A stretch of 32,000 nt of DNA, taken from NCBI RefSeq assembly GCF_000021865.1, contig NC_014034.1, forward strand, positions 2,700,001 to 2,732,000, given 5' to 3'. How positions within the stretch are numbered: position 1 is the stretch's first letter; each line of letters starts with the position of its first letter. Positions 16,607-24,035 of the stretch are shown here, piece by piece. The notes beneath the pieces were generated by a model. It saw nothing but the letters and a program-made list of their open reading frames with translations, had not been told where the DNA came from and made no database searches. This stretch comes from Rhodobacter capsulatus SB 1003. GTDB taxonomy: Bacteria; Pseudomonadota; Alphaproteobacteria; Rhodobacterales; Rhodobacteraceae. A program made the translations under genes and the position numbers.

Positions 16607-16819
16607 TCGGGCGGGCCAGGAAAAGCATCGCTTTTCCCCGCCCGTTGGCACGACGGCGGCGGCATGACCGCATCCGCAAGCATGAACAGAGGGCAGCGCC
16701 CTGCCCCGGCGGGCGAGAAGCGCCCGCCATGGGCGGGGCGGGCGCTGCCCGAGTGCCTTGGGGCACTCGGGGGTCATGGGACCACTGTTTCGCAAGGCCT
16801 CGGCGATGGCCTCGGCCAA
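16607..16819. repeat. ~210-nt structured intergenic element, copy A (possible 3'UTR element or ncRNA)
   Basis: Collinear with 23090-23299 in the same orientation. The core 16706-16784 matches 23187-23265 at about 73 of 79 positions by eye. Hairpins at 16609-16643, 16708-16728 and 16748-16771. Confidence 0.8.
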
Positions 16820-16860
16820 TCGGGGTGGGCTTCCCGGTTGCGACCGGAAAGCCCCGGCTG

Positions 16861-18162
16861 TCATTTCCCGCTGGTGGTCGCCATCGGGTTGTTCGGATGC
16901 CCGGTCCAGTTCAGATAGTCGCCGACCGGCTTGGCCGTGCGCAGGTCCAGCTCGCCCTCGGAGAGCTCCCGCATGGTGATGCACTTCGTCGGGCAGACCT
17001 CGACACAGAGATTGCAGGCGACACATTCCTCCTCTTTCACCGTCACCGTGCGATCCGCCGCCATCGCGATCGCCTGATGCGACGTGTCCTCGCAGACGAT
17101 GTGGCAGCGGCCGCATTTGATGCAATCGTCCTGCGCAATGCTGGCCTTGGTGGTGTAGTTCAGGTTCAGATATTGCCAGTCGGTCACCTTCGGCACGGCG
17201 CGGCCGACGATCTCGCGCGTCTCGGTCAGGCCCTTGCGGTCCATGTAGTCCGACAGGCCCGAGATCATCTCCTCGACGATCTTGAACCCATAGGTCATCA
17301 CCGCGGTGCAGACCTGCACGTTATGCGCCCCAAGCGCCATGAACTCGGCCGCATCGCGCCAGGTGGTGACGCCGCCGATGCCGGAAATCGGCAGACCGCG
17401 CGTGGCCGGGTTGCGGGCGATTTCCGCCACCATGTTCAGTGCGATGGGTTTCACCGCCGGACCGCAATAGCCGCCATGGGTGCCAAAGCCGTCAATCGTC
17501 GGCTGCGGCGCGAACAGATCCAGATCGACCGAGGTGATCGAATTGATCGTGTTGATCAGGCTGACCGCATCCGCGCCGCCGCGTTTCGCCGCCTCGGCCG
17601 GTTTGCGGATGTCCGAGATGTTGGGCGTCAGCTTCACGATGCAGGGCATGCGCGAATGTTGCTTCACCCAGCGCGTCACCATCTCCACATAGTCGGGCAC
17701 CTGCCCCACCGCCGCGCCCATGCCGCGTTCGGCCATGCCATGCGGGCAGCCGAAGTTCAGCTCCACCCCGTCGGCCTCGGTTTCCTCGACCCGGGCCAGG
17801 ATCGATTTCCAGCTGTCCTCGTCGCAGGGCACCATCAGCGACACGACCAAGGCGCGGTCCGGGTAATCGCGCTTGACCGATTTGATCTCGCGCAGGTTCA
17901 CCTCCAAAGGCCGGTCGGTGATCAGCTCGATGTTGTTGAGCCCCAAAAGCGTGCCATCGGGCCCGTGAATCGCGCCATAGCGCGGGCCCGAGACGTTCAC
18001 CACCGGCGGGCCGTCAAGGCCGAGCGTCTTCCAGACCACACCGCCCCAACCGGCCTCAAAGGCGCGGCGGACGTTCACCTCCTTGTCGGTGGGCGGCGCC
18101 GAGGCCAGCCAGAACGGGTTCGGGGATTTGATGCCAAGGAATGTCGAAGTCAGGTTCGCCAT
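16861..18162 (-). CDS. preA: NAD-dependent dihydropyrimidine dehydrogenase subunit PreA (DHOD-like domain plus 2x[4Fe-4S])
   Basis: MANLTSTFLGIKSPNPFWLASAPP...GWGGVVWKTLG is collinear with E. coli YeiA/PreA. C-terminal ferredoxin motifs CIKCGRCHIVC and CVACNLCVEVCP. The start is 1 nt after the preT stop. Confidence 0.93.
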   Translation of the reverse strand: MANLTSTFLGIKSPNPFWLASAPPTDKEVNVRRAFEAGWGGVVWKTLGLDGPPVVNVSGPRYGAIHGPDGTLLGLNNIELITDRPLEVNLREIKSVKRDYPDRALVVSLMVPCDEDSWKSILARVEETEADGVELNFGCPHGMAERGMGAAVGQVPDYVEMVTRWVKQHSRMPCIVKLTPNISDIRKPAEAAKRGGADAVSLINTINSITSVDLDLFAPQPTIDGFGTHGGYCGPAVKPIALNMVAEIARNPATRGLPISGIGGVTTWRDAAEFMALGAHNVQVCTAVMTYGFKIVEEMISGLSDYMDRKGLTETREIVGRAVPKVTDWQYLNLNYTTKASIAQDDCIKCGRCHIVCEDTSHQAIAMAADRTVTVKEEECVACNLCVEVCPTKCITMRELSEGELDLRTAKPVGDYLNWTGHPNNPMATTSGK

Positions 18163-18163
18163 C

Positions 18164-19495
18164 TCAGGCCCCCATCAGAAAAGCGTGGATGTCTTCGGCC
18201 GCATCGCGGCCCTGCGCGACGGCGGTCACCGTCAGATCTTCGCCGCCTGTGGCGCAATCGCCGCCCGCCCAGACATGCGCCATCCCGGTGCGCCCCTGCG
18301 CGTCGATCTCGATCTTGCCGCCGGTGATCGTCAGCCCCTCGGGCACCGGCCCAAGCGTCTGGCCGATCGCGGTGAAGATCTGGTCGGCCTTGATGCGCAA
18401 GGTGTCGTCCAGCTGCACCAGCTTGCCGCCCTGGGTCTCGGTGCGGGCGAATTCGACCTCATAGCCCTGATCGTCCTTGCGGATCGCCACGGGCGCCGCA
18501 TTCGGCACGATCCGCACGCCGTTCTTTTGCGCATGCTCCTGTTCATGCGCCGAGGCGGGCATCTCGGCTTGCGAACGGCGATAGACGATGCTGGCCGTCT
18601 CCGCGCCCAGAAGTTTCGCCTGCACCGCCGCATCGACCGCGGTCATGCCGCCGCCGATCACCACGACGCGCCGCCCCACCGGCACCGTCGCCAGATCCCC
18701 GGCCTGACGCAGATGCGCGATGAACTCGGTCGCGGGGGTGGCATGTTCGGCGCCGGGAATGGTCAGCGCATTCACGCCCGCCAGCCCCATGCCCAGAAAC
18801 ACCGCGTCATGCTCGGCCAGCAGATCCGCCACCGAACCGTTGCGGCCGAGTTTCCAGTTTTCCAGCACCGCGATGCCGCCGATCTGCAAAAGCCAGGCCA
18901 CTTCCCTGGCCGCAAAGCCGCCCGGCGCCTTGTAGGCGGCAATGCCATATTCATTCAGCCCGCCCGGTTTCAGCCGCGCGTCATAAACGGTGACCTCATG
19001 GCCCAGCATCGCCAGCCGATGCGCGCAGGCCAGACCCGCAGGCCCCGCCCCCACCACGGCGACAGACTTTTCCGTGCGCGGCGCGCGCGTGAAGGGATGC
19101 ACGCCCGCGGCCTGCAGCCGGTCGGTGGCAAAGCGCTGCAGCGCGCCGATCTCGACCGGCATGCCCTCGGCGGCCTCGCGCACGCAGGCGCCCTCGCACA
19201 GGGTTTCGGTCGGGCAGACCCGGGCGCACATGCCGCCCATGATATTCTGCGACAGGATCGTCCTTGCCGCGGCCTCCGGCGTGCCGGTCAGGATCTGCCG
19301 GATGAACAGCGGCACGTCGATGTCGGACGGGCAGGCCGTGGTGCAGGGCGCCTCGGCGCAGAAATAGCAGCGCGCGGCGGCCACCTGCGCCTGATGCGCC
19401 GTCAAAGGCGGCGCCACATCGGCAAAGGCCGTGCAATACCCCTCGGGCGGAAGACGCCCGGGGTGCACCCCGGGTCGAAACTGGCTTGTGGTCAC
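18164..19495 (-). CDS. preT: Dihydropyrimidine dehydrogenase subunit PreT (GltD-like FAD/NAD(P) oxidoreductase with Fe-S)
   Basis: N-terminal Fe-S cysteines (CYFCAEAPCTTACP; CARVCPTETLCEGAC) and dinucleotide folds VAVVGAGPAGLACA and VVVIGGGMTAVD. I place the start at the GTG at 19495, 5 nt after AGGGAGG. The extension to 19681 in the ORF track is unlikely. Confidence 0.9.
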   Translation of the reverse strand: MTTSQFRPGVHPGRLPPEGYCTAFADVAPPLTAHQAQVAAARCYFCAEAPCTTACPSDIDVPLFIRQILTGTPEAAARTILSQNIMGGMCARVCPTETLCEGACVREAAEGMPVEIGALQRFATDRLQAAGVHPFTRAPRTEKSVAVVGAGPAGLACAHRLAMLGHEVTVYDARLKPGGLNEYGIAAYKAPGGFAAREVAWLLQIGGIAVLENWKLGRNGSVADLLAEHDAVFLGMGLAGVNALTIPGAEHATPATEFIAHLRQAGDLATVPVGRRVVVIGGGMTAVDAAVQAKLLGAETASIVYRRSQAEMPASAHEQEHAQKNGVRIVPNAAPVAIRKDDQGYEVEFARTETQGGKLVQLDDTLRIKADQIFTAIGQTLGPVPEGLTITGGKIEIDAQGRTGMAHVWAGGDCATGGEDLTVTAVAQGRDAAEDIHAFLMGA

Positions 19496-19681
19496 TGTGA
19501 CCTCCCTGGCTTTGTTATTGCCGCAAAGGCTGCCACGATCCGAAATTTTATCAATAGGTAAAATACTGAGGCGCAGGGATTGGCGCTTCATGGCCGGGCA
19601 TCTGCCCAAGGAATGGGCTGACGCAGGGGAAATTGCGGAAAGAGATTCGGGACGAGGGCGCAAAACGGCGGCGATGACCAC

Positions 19682-19714
19682 GGATTCGGCAGGGATTCGG
19701 CAGGGATTCGGCGC
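19682..19714. repeat. 3 x 11-bp tandem repeat (GGATTCGGCAG)
   Basis: Units at 19682, 19693 and 19704 (the last ends GC). It lies in the 835-bp spacer between preT and pucB. Confidence 0.85.
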
Positions 19715-19917
19715 GGCTCGGGCCCAGAATCACGCCCGGGCCTGCGACAATCACGTCAACGAAGCGAAGTGGGAAGCCGTCAGAGCGGTTTCAAGTGCTT
19801 CCGGCGGATAAATTCGGCGCGACAATTCGACCTGAAAATTCCGGTTGCCTGCGACAGGCCGTCCGGGCGCGCGCGCCGCCGCCATCGCCCGATCTGCGAC
19901 AGGCTAACGCAGTTTAA

Positions 19918-19935
19918 TGTACATCCCGCATGACA
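19918..19935. promoter_or_regulatory. Distal CrtJ/PpsR palindrome (TGT-N12-ACA)
   Basis: TGTACATCCCGCATGACA, located 241 bp upstream of the proximal palindrome. Confidence 0.75.
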
Positions 19936-20158
19936 GTTTGACCCGAAGCCCGGTTCTGGTCACGCCGCAAGCCGCCCGCCGCGCGGGGGCCGCAAGGCGC
20001 AAACCCCCTTTGCAGCATGGCTCTTGCGCCCTGTCGCACCCCCCGCCGCAGGCGCCGCGCCGCCCGCGCCACCGGCCCCGGAATCGCCCAAAGATGCGTC
20101 TGGAACACCTGTTTTCACTGGGATTTTGCGCCCCCGGGGGTGGCCGAATTTGCCGCAG

Positions 20159-20176
20159 TGTAAGCCCGACTTTACA
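20159..20176. promoter_or_regulatory. Proximal CrtJ/PpsR palindrome (TGT-N12-ACA) abutting the puc -35
   Basis: TGTAAGCCCGACTTTACA, immediately 5' of the TTGATC -35 candidate. Confidence 0.8.
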
Positions 20177-20177
20177 C

Positions 20178-20206
20178 TTGATCGCCGACACTTGGGCTCC
20201 CATAGT
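20178..20206 (+). promoter_or_regulatory. Candidate puc promoter
   Basis: TTGATC (20178-20183), a 17-nt spacer, then CATAGT (20201-20206). This predicts a leader of roughly 115-120 nt before pucB. Confidence 0.55.
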
Positions 20207-20329
20207 GCGTCTCACGAGGTCGGATCACAGACGGTCCGGCAGCGGGGGGGCGCTGAGACGGGGCTCGAACTTAACCGAGAGAGCTTCATCAACGTTCCCA
20301 ATGATCCCAGTTTTGGAGGATTCGGGACA

Positions 20330-20479
20330 ATGACTGACGATAAAGCTGGGCCGAGCGGCCTGTCGCTGAAAGAAGCTGAAGAAATCCACAGCTACCTGAT
20401 CGATGGCACCCGTGTGTTCGGGGCGATGGCGCTTGTTGCGCACATCCTCTCGGCCATCGCCACGCCGTGGCTCGGGTAA
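20330..20479 (+). CDS. pucB: Light-harvesting complex 2 (B800-850) beta polypeptide
   Basis: [49 protein letters not shown] is recognised as the R. capsulatus LH2 beta chain, with conserved His in AHIL. RBS GGAGGA at 20315-20320. Confidence 0.97.
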   Translation: MTDDKAGPSGLSLKEAEEIHSYLIDGTRVFGAMALVAHILSAIATPWLG

Positions 20480-20499
20480 TCGGGTAGAGGAGAAATACA

Positions 20500-20682
20500 A
20501 TGAACAACGCCAAAATCTGGACCGTCGTCAAGCCCTCGACCGGTATCCCGCTGATCCTCGGCGCCGTTGCGGTCGCCGCTCTGATCGTGCACGCCGGCCT
20601 GCTGACCAACACGACCTGGTTCGCGAACTACTGGAACGGCAACCCGATGGCGACCGTCGTCGCTGTTGCGCCGGCTCAGTAA
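20500..20682 (+). CDS. pucA: Light-harvesting complex 2 (B800-850) alpha polypeptide
   Basis: [48 protein letters not shown]... is recognised as the LH2 alpha chain (His in IVHAGL). RBS GAGGAGA upstream. Confidence 0.97.
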   Translation: MNNAKIWTVVKPSTGIPLILGAVAVAALIVHAGLLTNTTWFANYWNGNPMATVVAVAPAQ

Positions 20683-20695
20683 TCTGCTGACCTTT

Positions 20696-20723
20696 GGGCC
20701 CACCGGCACCCGTCGGTGGGCCC
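20696..20723 (+). terminator. Stem-loop after pucA (partial terminator or stabiliser of the pucBA transcript)
   Basis: GGGCCCACCG-gcacccgt-CGGTGGGCCC is a perfect 10-bp GC stem, 14 nt after the pucA stop and before pucC. Confidence 0.7.
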
Positions 20724-20778
20724 ATTCCCTCCGGGGCTGAGCCCCTCGCACTTTCTCTCTCCGACGGGCGGCTGGACT

Positions 20779-22167
20779 ATGGGCTACCGTGCTTTTGCTC
20801 TGAAGAACCTGGCGCGGCACGCTCCGAAGTACTTGCCATTCGCCGACGTGGCCAGTGAAGAGGTTCCGCTCTCGCGGTTGCTGCGACTGTCGCTCTTTCA
20901 GATCACCGTCGGGATGACCTTGACCCTGCTCGCGGGCACCCTCAACCGGGTGATGATCGTCGAGTTGGCGGTTCCGGCCTCGCTCGTCTCCGTGATGCTG
21001 GCGATGCCGATGCTGTTCGCGCCCTTCCGCACGCTGATCGGCTTCAAGTCCGACACGCACAAGTCGGCTCTGGGGCTGCGTCGCGCGCCCTGGATCTGGA
21101 AGGGAACGATCTATCAATTCGGCGGTTTCGCCATCATGCCCTTCGCGCTTCTGGTGCTGTCGGGCTTCGGGGAATCCGTGGATGCGCCGCGCTGGATCGG
21201 AATGAGCGCGGCTGCTCTTGCCTTCCTCCTCGTGGGGGCCGGGGTGCATATCGTCCAGACCGCGGGTCTGGCGCTGGCAACCGACCTCGTCGCGGAAGAA
21301 GACCAACCGAAGGTTGTCGGCCTCATGTATGTGATGCTGCTCTTCGGCATGGTGATCAGCGCGCTCACCTACGGGGCGTTGCTGGCGGACTACACGCCCG
21401 GGCGCCTGATCCAGGTGATCCAGGGCACGGCGTTGATGAGTGTCGTGTTGAACATGGCTGCGATGTGGAAGCAGGAAGCCGTCAGCCGGGAACGTGCCCG
21501 GCAGATGGAGACCGCCCAGCACCCGACCTTCCAGGAGGCCTTCGGCCTGCTGATGGGCCGTCCGGGGATGCTGGCGCTGCTGACCGTGATCGCGCTGGGA
21601 ACGTTCGGCTTCGGTATGGCCGATGTGCTTTTGGAACCCTATGGCGGTCAGGCGCTGCACCTGACGGTCGGGGAGACGACGAAACTGACCGCGCTCTTTG
21701 CGCTGGGGACGCTTGCCGGGTTCGGCACTGCGTCCCGTGTGCTGGGGAACGGGGCAAGGCCGATGCCGCTGGCGGTGCTGGGTGCACTGATCGGGGTTCC
21801 CGGGTTTGTCGCCATCATTCTGTCCTCGCTGATCAGCCAGGGTGGTATCTGGTTGTTCCTTGTGGGCACCTTTGCTGTCGGGCTTGGCATCGGTCTTTTC
21901 GGCCATGCGACGCTGACGGCGACGATGCGGACCGCGCCCGCCGATCGGATCGGGCTGGCGCTGGGCGCATGGGGGGCGGTGCAGGCGACGGCCGCGGGCG
22001 TGGGGGTCGCGCTTGCCGGGGTGGTTCGTGACGGTTTGGTTGCCCTGCCGGGGACTTTCGGGTCCGGTGTGGCGGGGCCTTATAATACGGTGTTCGCCAT
22101 CGAGGCGGTGATTTTGATCGTGGCCATCGCCTTCGCGGTTCCGCTTGTGCGGCGGGGAGGCCGATGA
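20779..22167 (+). CDS. pucC: PucC, MFS-like LH2 assembly protein (LhaA/PucC/BCD family)
   Basis: 462 aa, about 12 transmembrane segments, directly downstream of pucBA. ATG at 20779 (MGYRAFALKNL...). The start at 20716 in the ORF track lies inside the pucA hairpin. Confidence 0.92.
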   Translation: MGYRAFALKNLARHAPKYLPFADVASEEVPLSRLLRLSLFQITVGMTLTLLAGTLNRVMIVELAVPASLVSVMLAMPMLFAPFRTLIGFKSDTHKSALGLRRAPWIWKGTIYQFGGFAIMPFALLVLSGFGESVDAPRWIGMSAAALAFLLVGAGVHIVQTAGLALATDLVAEEDQPKVVGLMYVMLLFGMVISALTYGALLADYTPGRLIQVIQGTALMSVVLNMAAMWKQEAVSRERARQMETAQHPTFQEAFGLLMGRPGMLALLTVIALGTFGFGMADVLLEPYGGQALHLTVGETTKLTALFALGTLAGFGTASRVLGNGARPMPLAVLGALIGVPGFVAIILSSLISQGGIWLFLVGTFAVGLGIGLFGHATLTATMRTAPADRIGLALGAWGAVQATAAGVGVALAGVVRDGLVALPGTFGSGVAGPYNTVFAIEAVILIVAIAFAVPLVRRGGR

Positions 22168-22229
22168 TCCGGAGCCCGGCGGGACACCAGGACGTGACTG
22201 AAGAATGCCCTTGAACCCGAGGAGGACGC

Positions 22230-22928
22230 ATGACGACGGTGATCACACGGCTTTATGCCGATGAAGAAACGGCTTGCGACATCGCAAGACAACTGAAAAG
22301 TGAAGGTATTCCGAAACGCGCTCTGAAGGTCGTCGTCGCCGACGGCAAGAAGGGCGCTGCCTTGGCCGAAGCCCTCAAGTCCGCCGGCGTGCATCCCAGC
22401 GCGGCTGCGGGCTATGCCGAACGTGTCGCCGGCGGCGCTGCCGCGCTCGTGGCGAAAGTCAACTACAAGCCGCTCGGCGCGGCGAAACTCGTGCGCGCCA
22501 TCACTGCTCGCGCAGCGGTGGTCGCGGTCGAGAACGCAACCGAAGAGTTCACCTGTGAGGACGCATCTGAAATGACTGACAACATCATGAAAGACCACCG
22601 GCACATCTTCCTGCCGCAACCCGTCAAGGCCGACGAAAAGCCCGGCGCCTTCTCGGAGCGCTTTGGCTGGAAACTTCTGCTCGACACCCCGCGCAAGAAG
22701 AACGTCTACGAAGGCACCAAGTTCATGTCGCAAGACTTCTGGCCGACGCCCTTGGTGAAAACCACCGCGCCGAAGGTCAAGCTGATCCCGGCCGACGCTC
22801 CGCCGCAATCGGCGAAGTTCTGGAAGGCTCCGCTCCTGAAAGACACGCCGCGTCAATCGAACGTGATCCCGGGCGACTTCCTGCCCTTCTCGAACACCTT
22901 CGGCCTGGCGACCATTCAGCGTCGCTGA
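22230..22928 (+). CDS. pucD: Continuous pucD-pucE reading frame (232 codons)
   Basis: Strong [11 protein letters not shown] before the ATG at 22230. There is no in-frame stop up to TGA at 22926-22928. The first 114 codons correspond to PucD and the last 118 codons to PucE. Confidence 0.8.
   Translation: MTTVITRLYADEETACDIARQLKSEGIPKRALKVVVADGKKGAALAEALKSAGVHPSAAAGYAERVAGGAAALVAKVNYKPLGAAKLVRAITARAAVVAVENATEEFTCEDASEMTDNIMKDHRHIFLPQPVKADEKPGAFSERFGWKLLLDTPRKKNVYEGTKFMSQDFWPTPLVKTTAPKVKLIPADAPPQSAKFWKAPLLKDTPRQSNVIPGDFLPFSNTFGLATIQRR
22572..22928 (+). CDS. pucE: PucE (LH2 gamma polypeptide, about 14 kDa), a possible internal start within the pucD-pucE frame
   Basis: The in-frame ATG at 22572 is preceded by GAGGA 10 nt upstream and gives a 118-aa product (MTDNIMKDHRHIFLPQPVKADEK...), the size I recall for R. 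capsulatus PucE. Confidence 0.5.
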   Translation: MTDNIMKDHRHIFLPQPVKADEKPGAFSERFGWKLLLDTPRKKNVYEGTKFMSQDFWPTPLVKTTAPKVKLIPADAPPQSAKFWKAPLLKDTPRQSNVIPGDFLPFSNTFGLATIQRR

Positions 22929-22974
22929 TCACTGACAAGGGGCGGCACTGACCGCCCCTGCACTCCTCGGGTTT

Positions 22975-23030
22975 GCGCCCGTCTGTCCGCCCTTCCCCGG
23001 AAGGTCCGAACAGGCGGGCGCCTTTTATTT
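22975..23030 (+). terminator. Rho-independent terminator of the puc operon
   Basis: A long imperfect GC hairpin (GCGCCCGTCTGTCCGCCCTTCC-cc-GGAAGGTCCGAACAGGCGGGCGC) followed by CTTTTATTT. A smaller hairpin, GGGGCGG-cactga-CCGCCCC, lies at 22939-22958. Confidence 0.75.
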
Positions 23031-23089
23031 CGGCCCCCCGTCTTGGCCCCCCGTCTTGGCCCCCCCTGCCCTGCCCTGCTGCCTTGGCC

Positions 23090-23299
23090 TCGGGCGGAGA
23101 AGAAAACGCATCGCGTTTTCCCGCCCGTCGCAAGCCGGTCGACACGGGACCGCATCCATCAAGCACAACAAAGGGCGGCGCCCGTCCCGGCGGGCGAGAA
23201 GCGCCCGCCGGGGGCGGGGCGGGCGCTGCCCGAGGGCCTTTGGGCCCTCGGGGGTCATCGGACCAATGATCCGCCGGGCCAAGGCGATGGCCTTGGCCA
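23090..23299. repeat. ~210-nt structured intergenic element, copy B (possible 3'UTR element or ncRNA)
   Basis: Collinear with 16607-16819. Hairpins at 23092-23126, 23189-23209 and 23229-23252. It starts 9 nt beyond the cysA stop when read on the minus strand. Confidence 0.8.
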
Positions 23300-23307
23300 G
23301 ACCGAGG

Positions 23308-24030
23308 TCAAGCGGTGATGAAATCGCGCACGAAACTGCTGGCCGGGCGGGCGCGGATGTCGTTCGGGCGGCCGATCTGCTCGATCCGGCCCATCGACAT
23401 CACCACCACCATGTCGGCCAGCTCCATCGCCTCTTCCTGATCATGGGTCACGAAGACCGTGGTCAGGCCGGTGGCGTCGTGAATGTCGCGCAGCCCCTGG
23501 CGCAGCTCCTTGCGGACCTTGGCATCCAGCGCGCCGAAGGGCTCGTCCAGAAGCAGCATCCGCGGCTCGATCGCCAGCGCCCGCGCCAGCGCCACCCGCT
23601 GCCGTTGCCCGCCCGAAAGCTGGCTGGGATAGCGCGATCCGATGTCGGGCAGCTGGATCAGCTCCAGAAGCCGCGCCACCCGCCGGGCGATTTCCAGCTT
23701 CGGCGGCCGCTCGGCCCGCGGCCGGGCGCGCAGCCCGTAGGCGATGTTTTCAAACACCGTCATGTGCCGGAACAAAGCATAGCTTTGAAACACGAAGCCC
23801 GCGCGGCGATCCTGCACCCGCAGGTTGGTGGCGTCCTGGCCGTCAAACAGCACCCGCCCCGAGGTCGGGAATTCAAGCCCGCCCAGAATCCGCAGAAGCG
23901 TCGTCTTGCCCGAGCCCGAGGGGCCCAGAAGCGCCACCAGCGCCCCCGAGGGAATGGCGAGCGACACCGGATGCAGCGCCGCCGTCGTGCCGAAGAGCTT
24001 CGAGATCTCTTGAATGTCGATATCCATCAT
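23308..24030 (-). CDS. cysA: Sulfate/thiosulfate ABC transporter ATP-binding protein, short form without the C-terminal regulatory domain
   Basis: [14 protein letters not shown]...[20 protein letters not shown]...[19 protein letters not shown]...[15 protein letters not shown]...[12 protein letters not shown] is collinear with E. coli CysA. It ends at ...[13 protein letters not shown], equivalent to EPATRFVLEFMG in E. coli, which is where the TOBE-like domain would begin. Confidence 0.88.
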   Translation of the reverse strand: MMDIDIQEISKLFGTTAALHPVSLAIPSGALVALLGPSGSGKTTLLRILGGLEFPTSGRVLFDGQDATNLRVQDRRAGFVFQSYALFRHMTVFENIAYGLRARPRAERPPKLEIARRVARLLELIQLPDIGSRYPSQLSGGQRQRVALARALAIEPRMLLLDEPFGALDAKVRKELRQGLRDIHDATGLTTVFVTHDQEEAMELADMVVVMSMGRIEQIGRPNDIRARPASSFVRDFITA

Positions 24031-24035
24031 GTCCC

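Noticed and set aside
16607-16819. Possible small protein encoded by the repeated element on the minus strand (MTPE[C/G]PKALGQRPPRP[W/R]RALLARR in both copies).
   Set aside because: Similarity ends after about 24 codons, where the two copies change frame through indels. The nucleotide differences are paired across stems, which points to selection on RNA or DNA structure rather than on a peptide.
19523-19535. Sigma-54-like TGGCAG...TTGC on the minus strand upstream of preT.
   Set aside because: The GG and GC dinucleotides are separated by 8 nt rather than the required 10, so this is not a valid -24/-12 promoter.
19590-19811. A 74-codon plus-strand ORF in the preT-puc spacer.
   Set aside because: Third-position GC is clearly lower than in the neighbouring genes, there is no RBS, the ORF reads through the 11-bp tandem repeat, and the product has no recognisable features.
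20178-20191. FNR/FnrL-like half site TTGATCGCCGACAC in the puc promoter.
   Set aside because: Only the left half, TTGAT, matches TTGAT-N4-ATCAA. It is better explained as the -35 hexamer.
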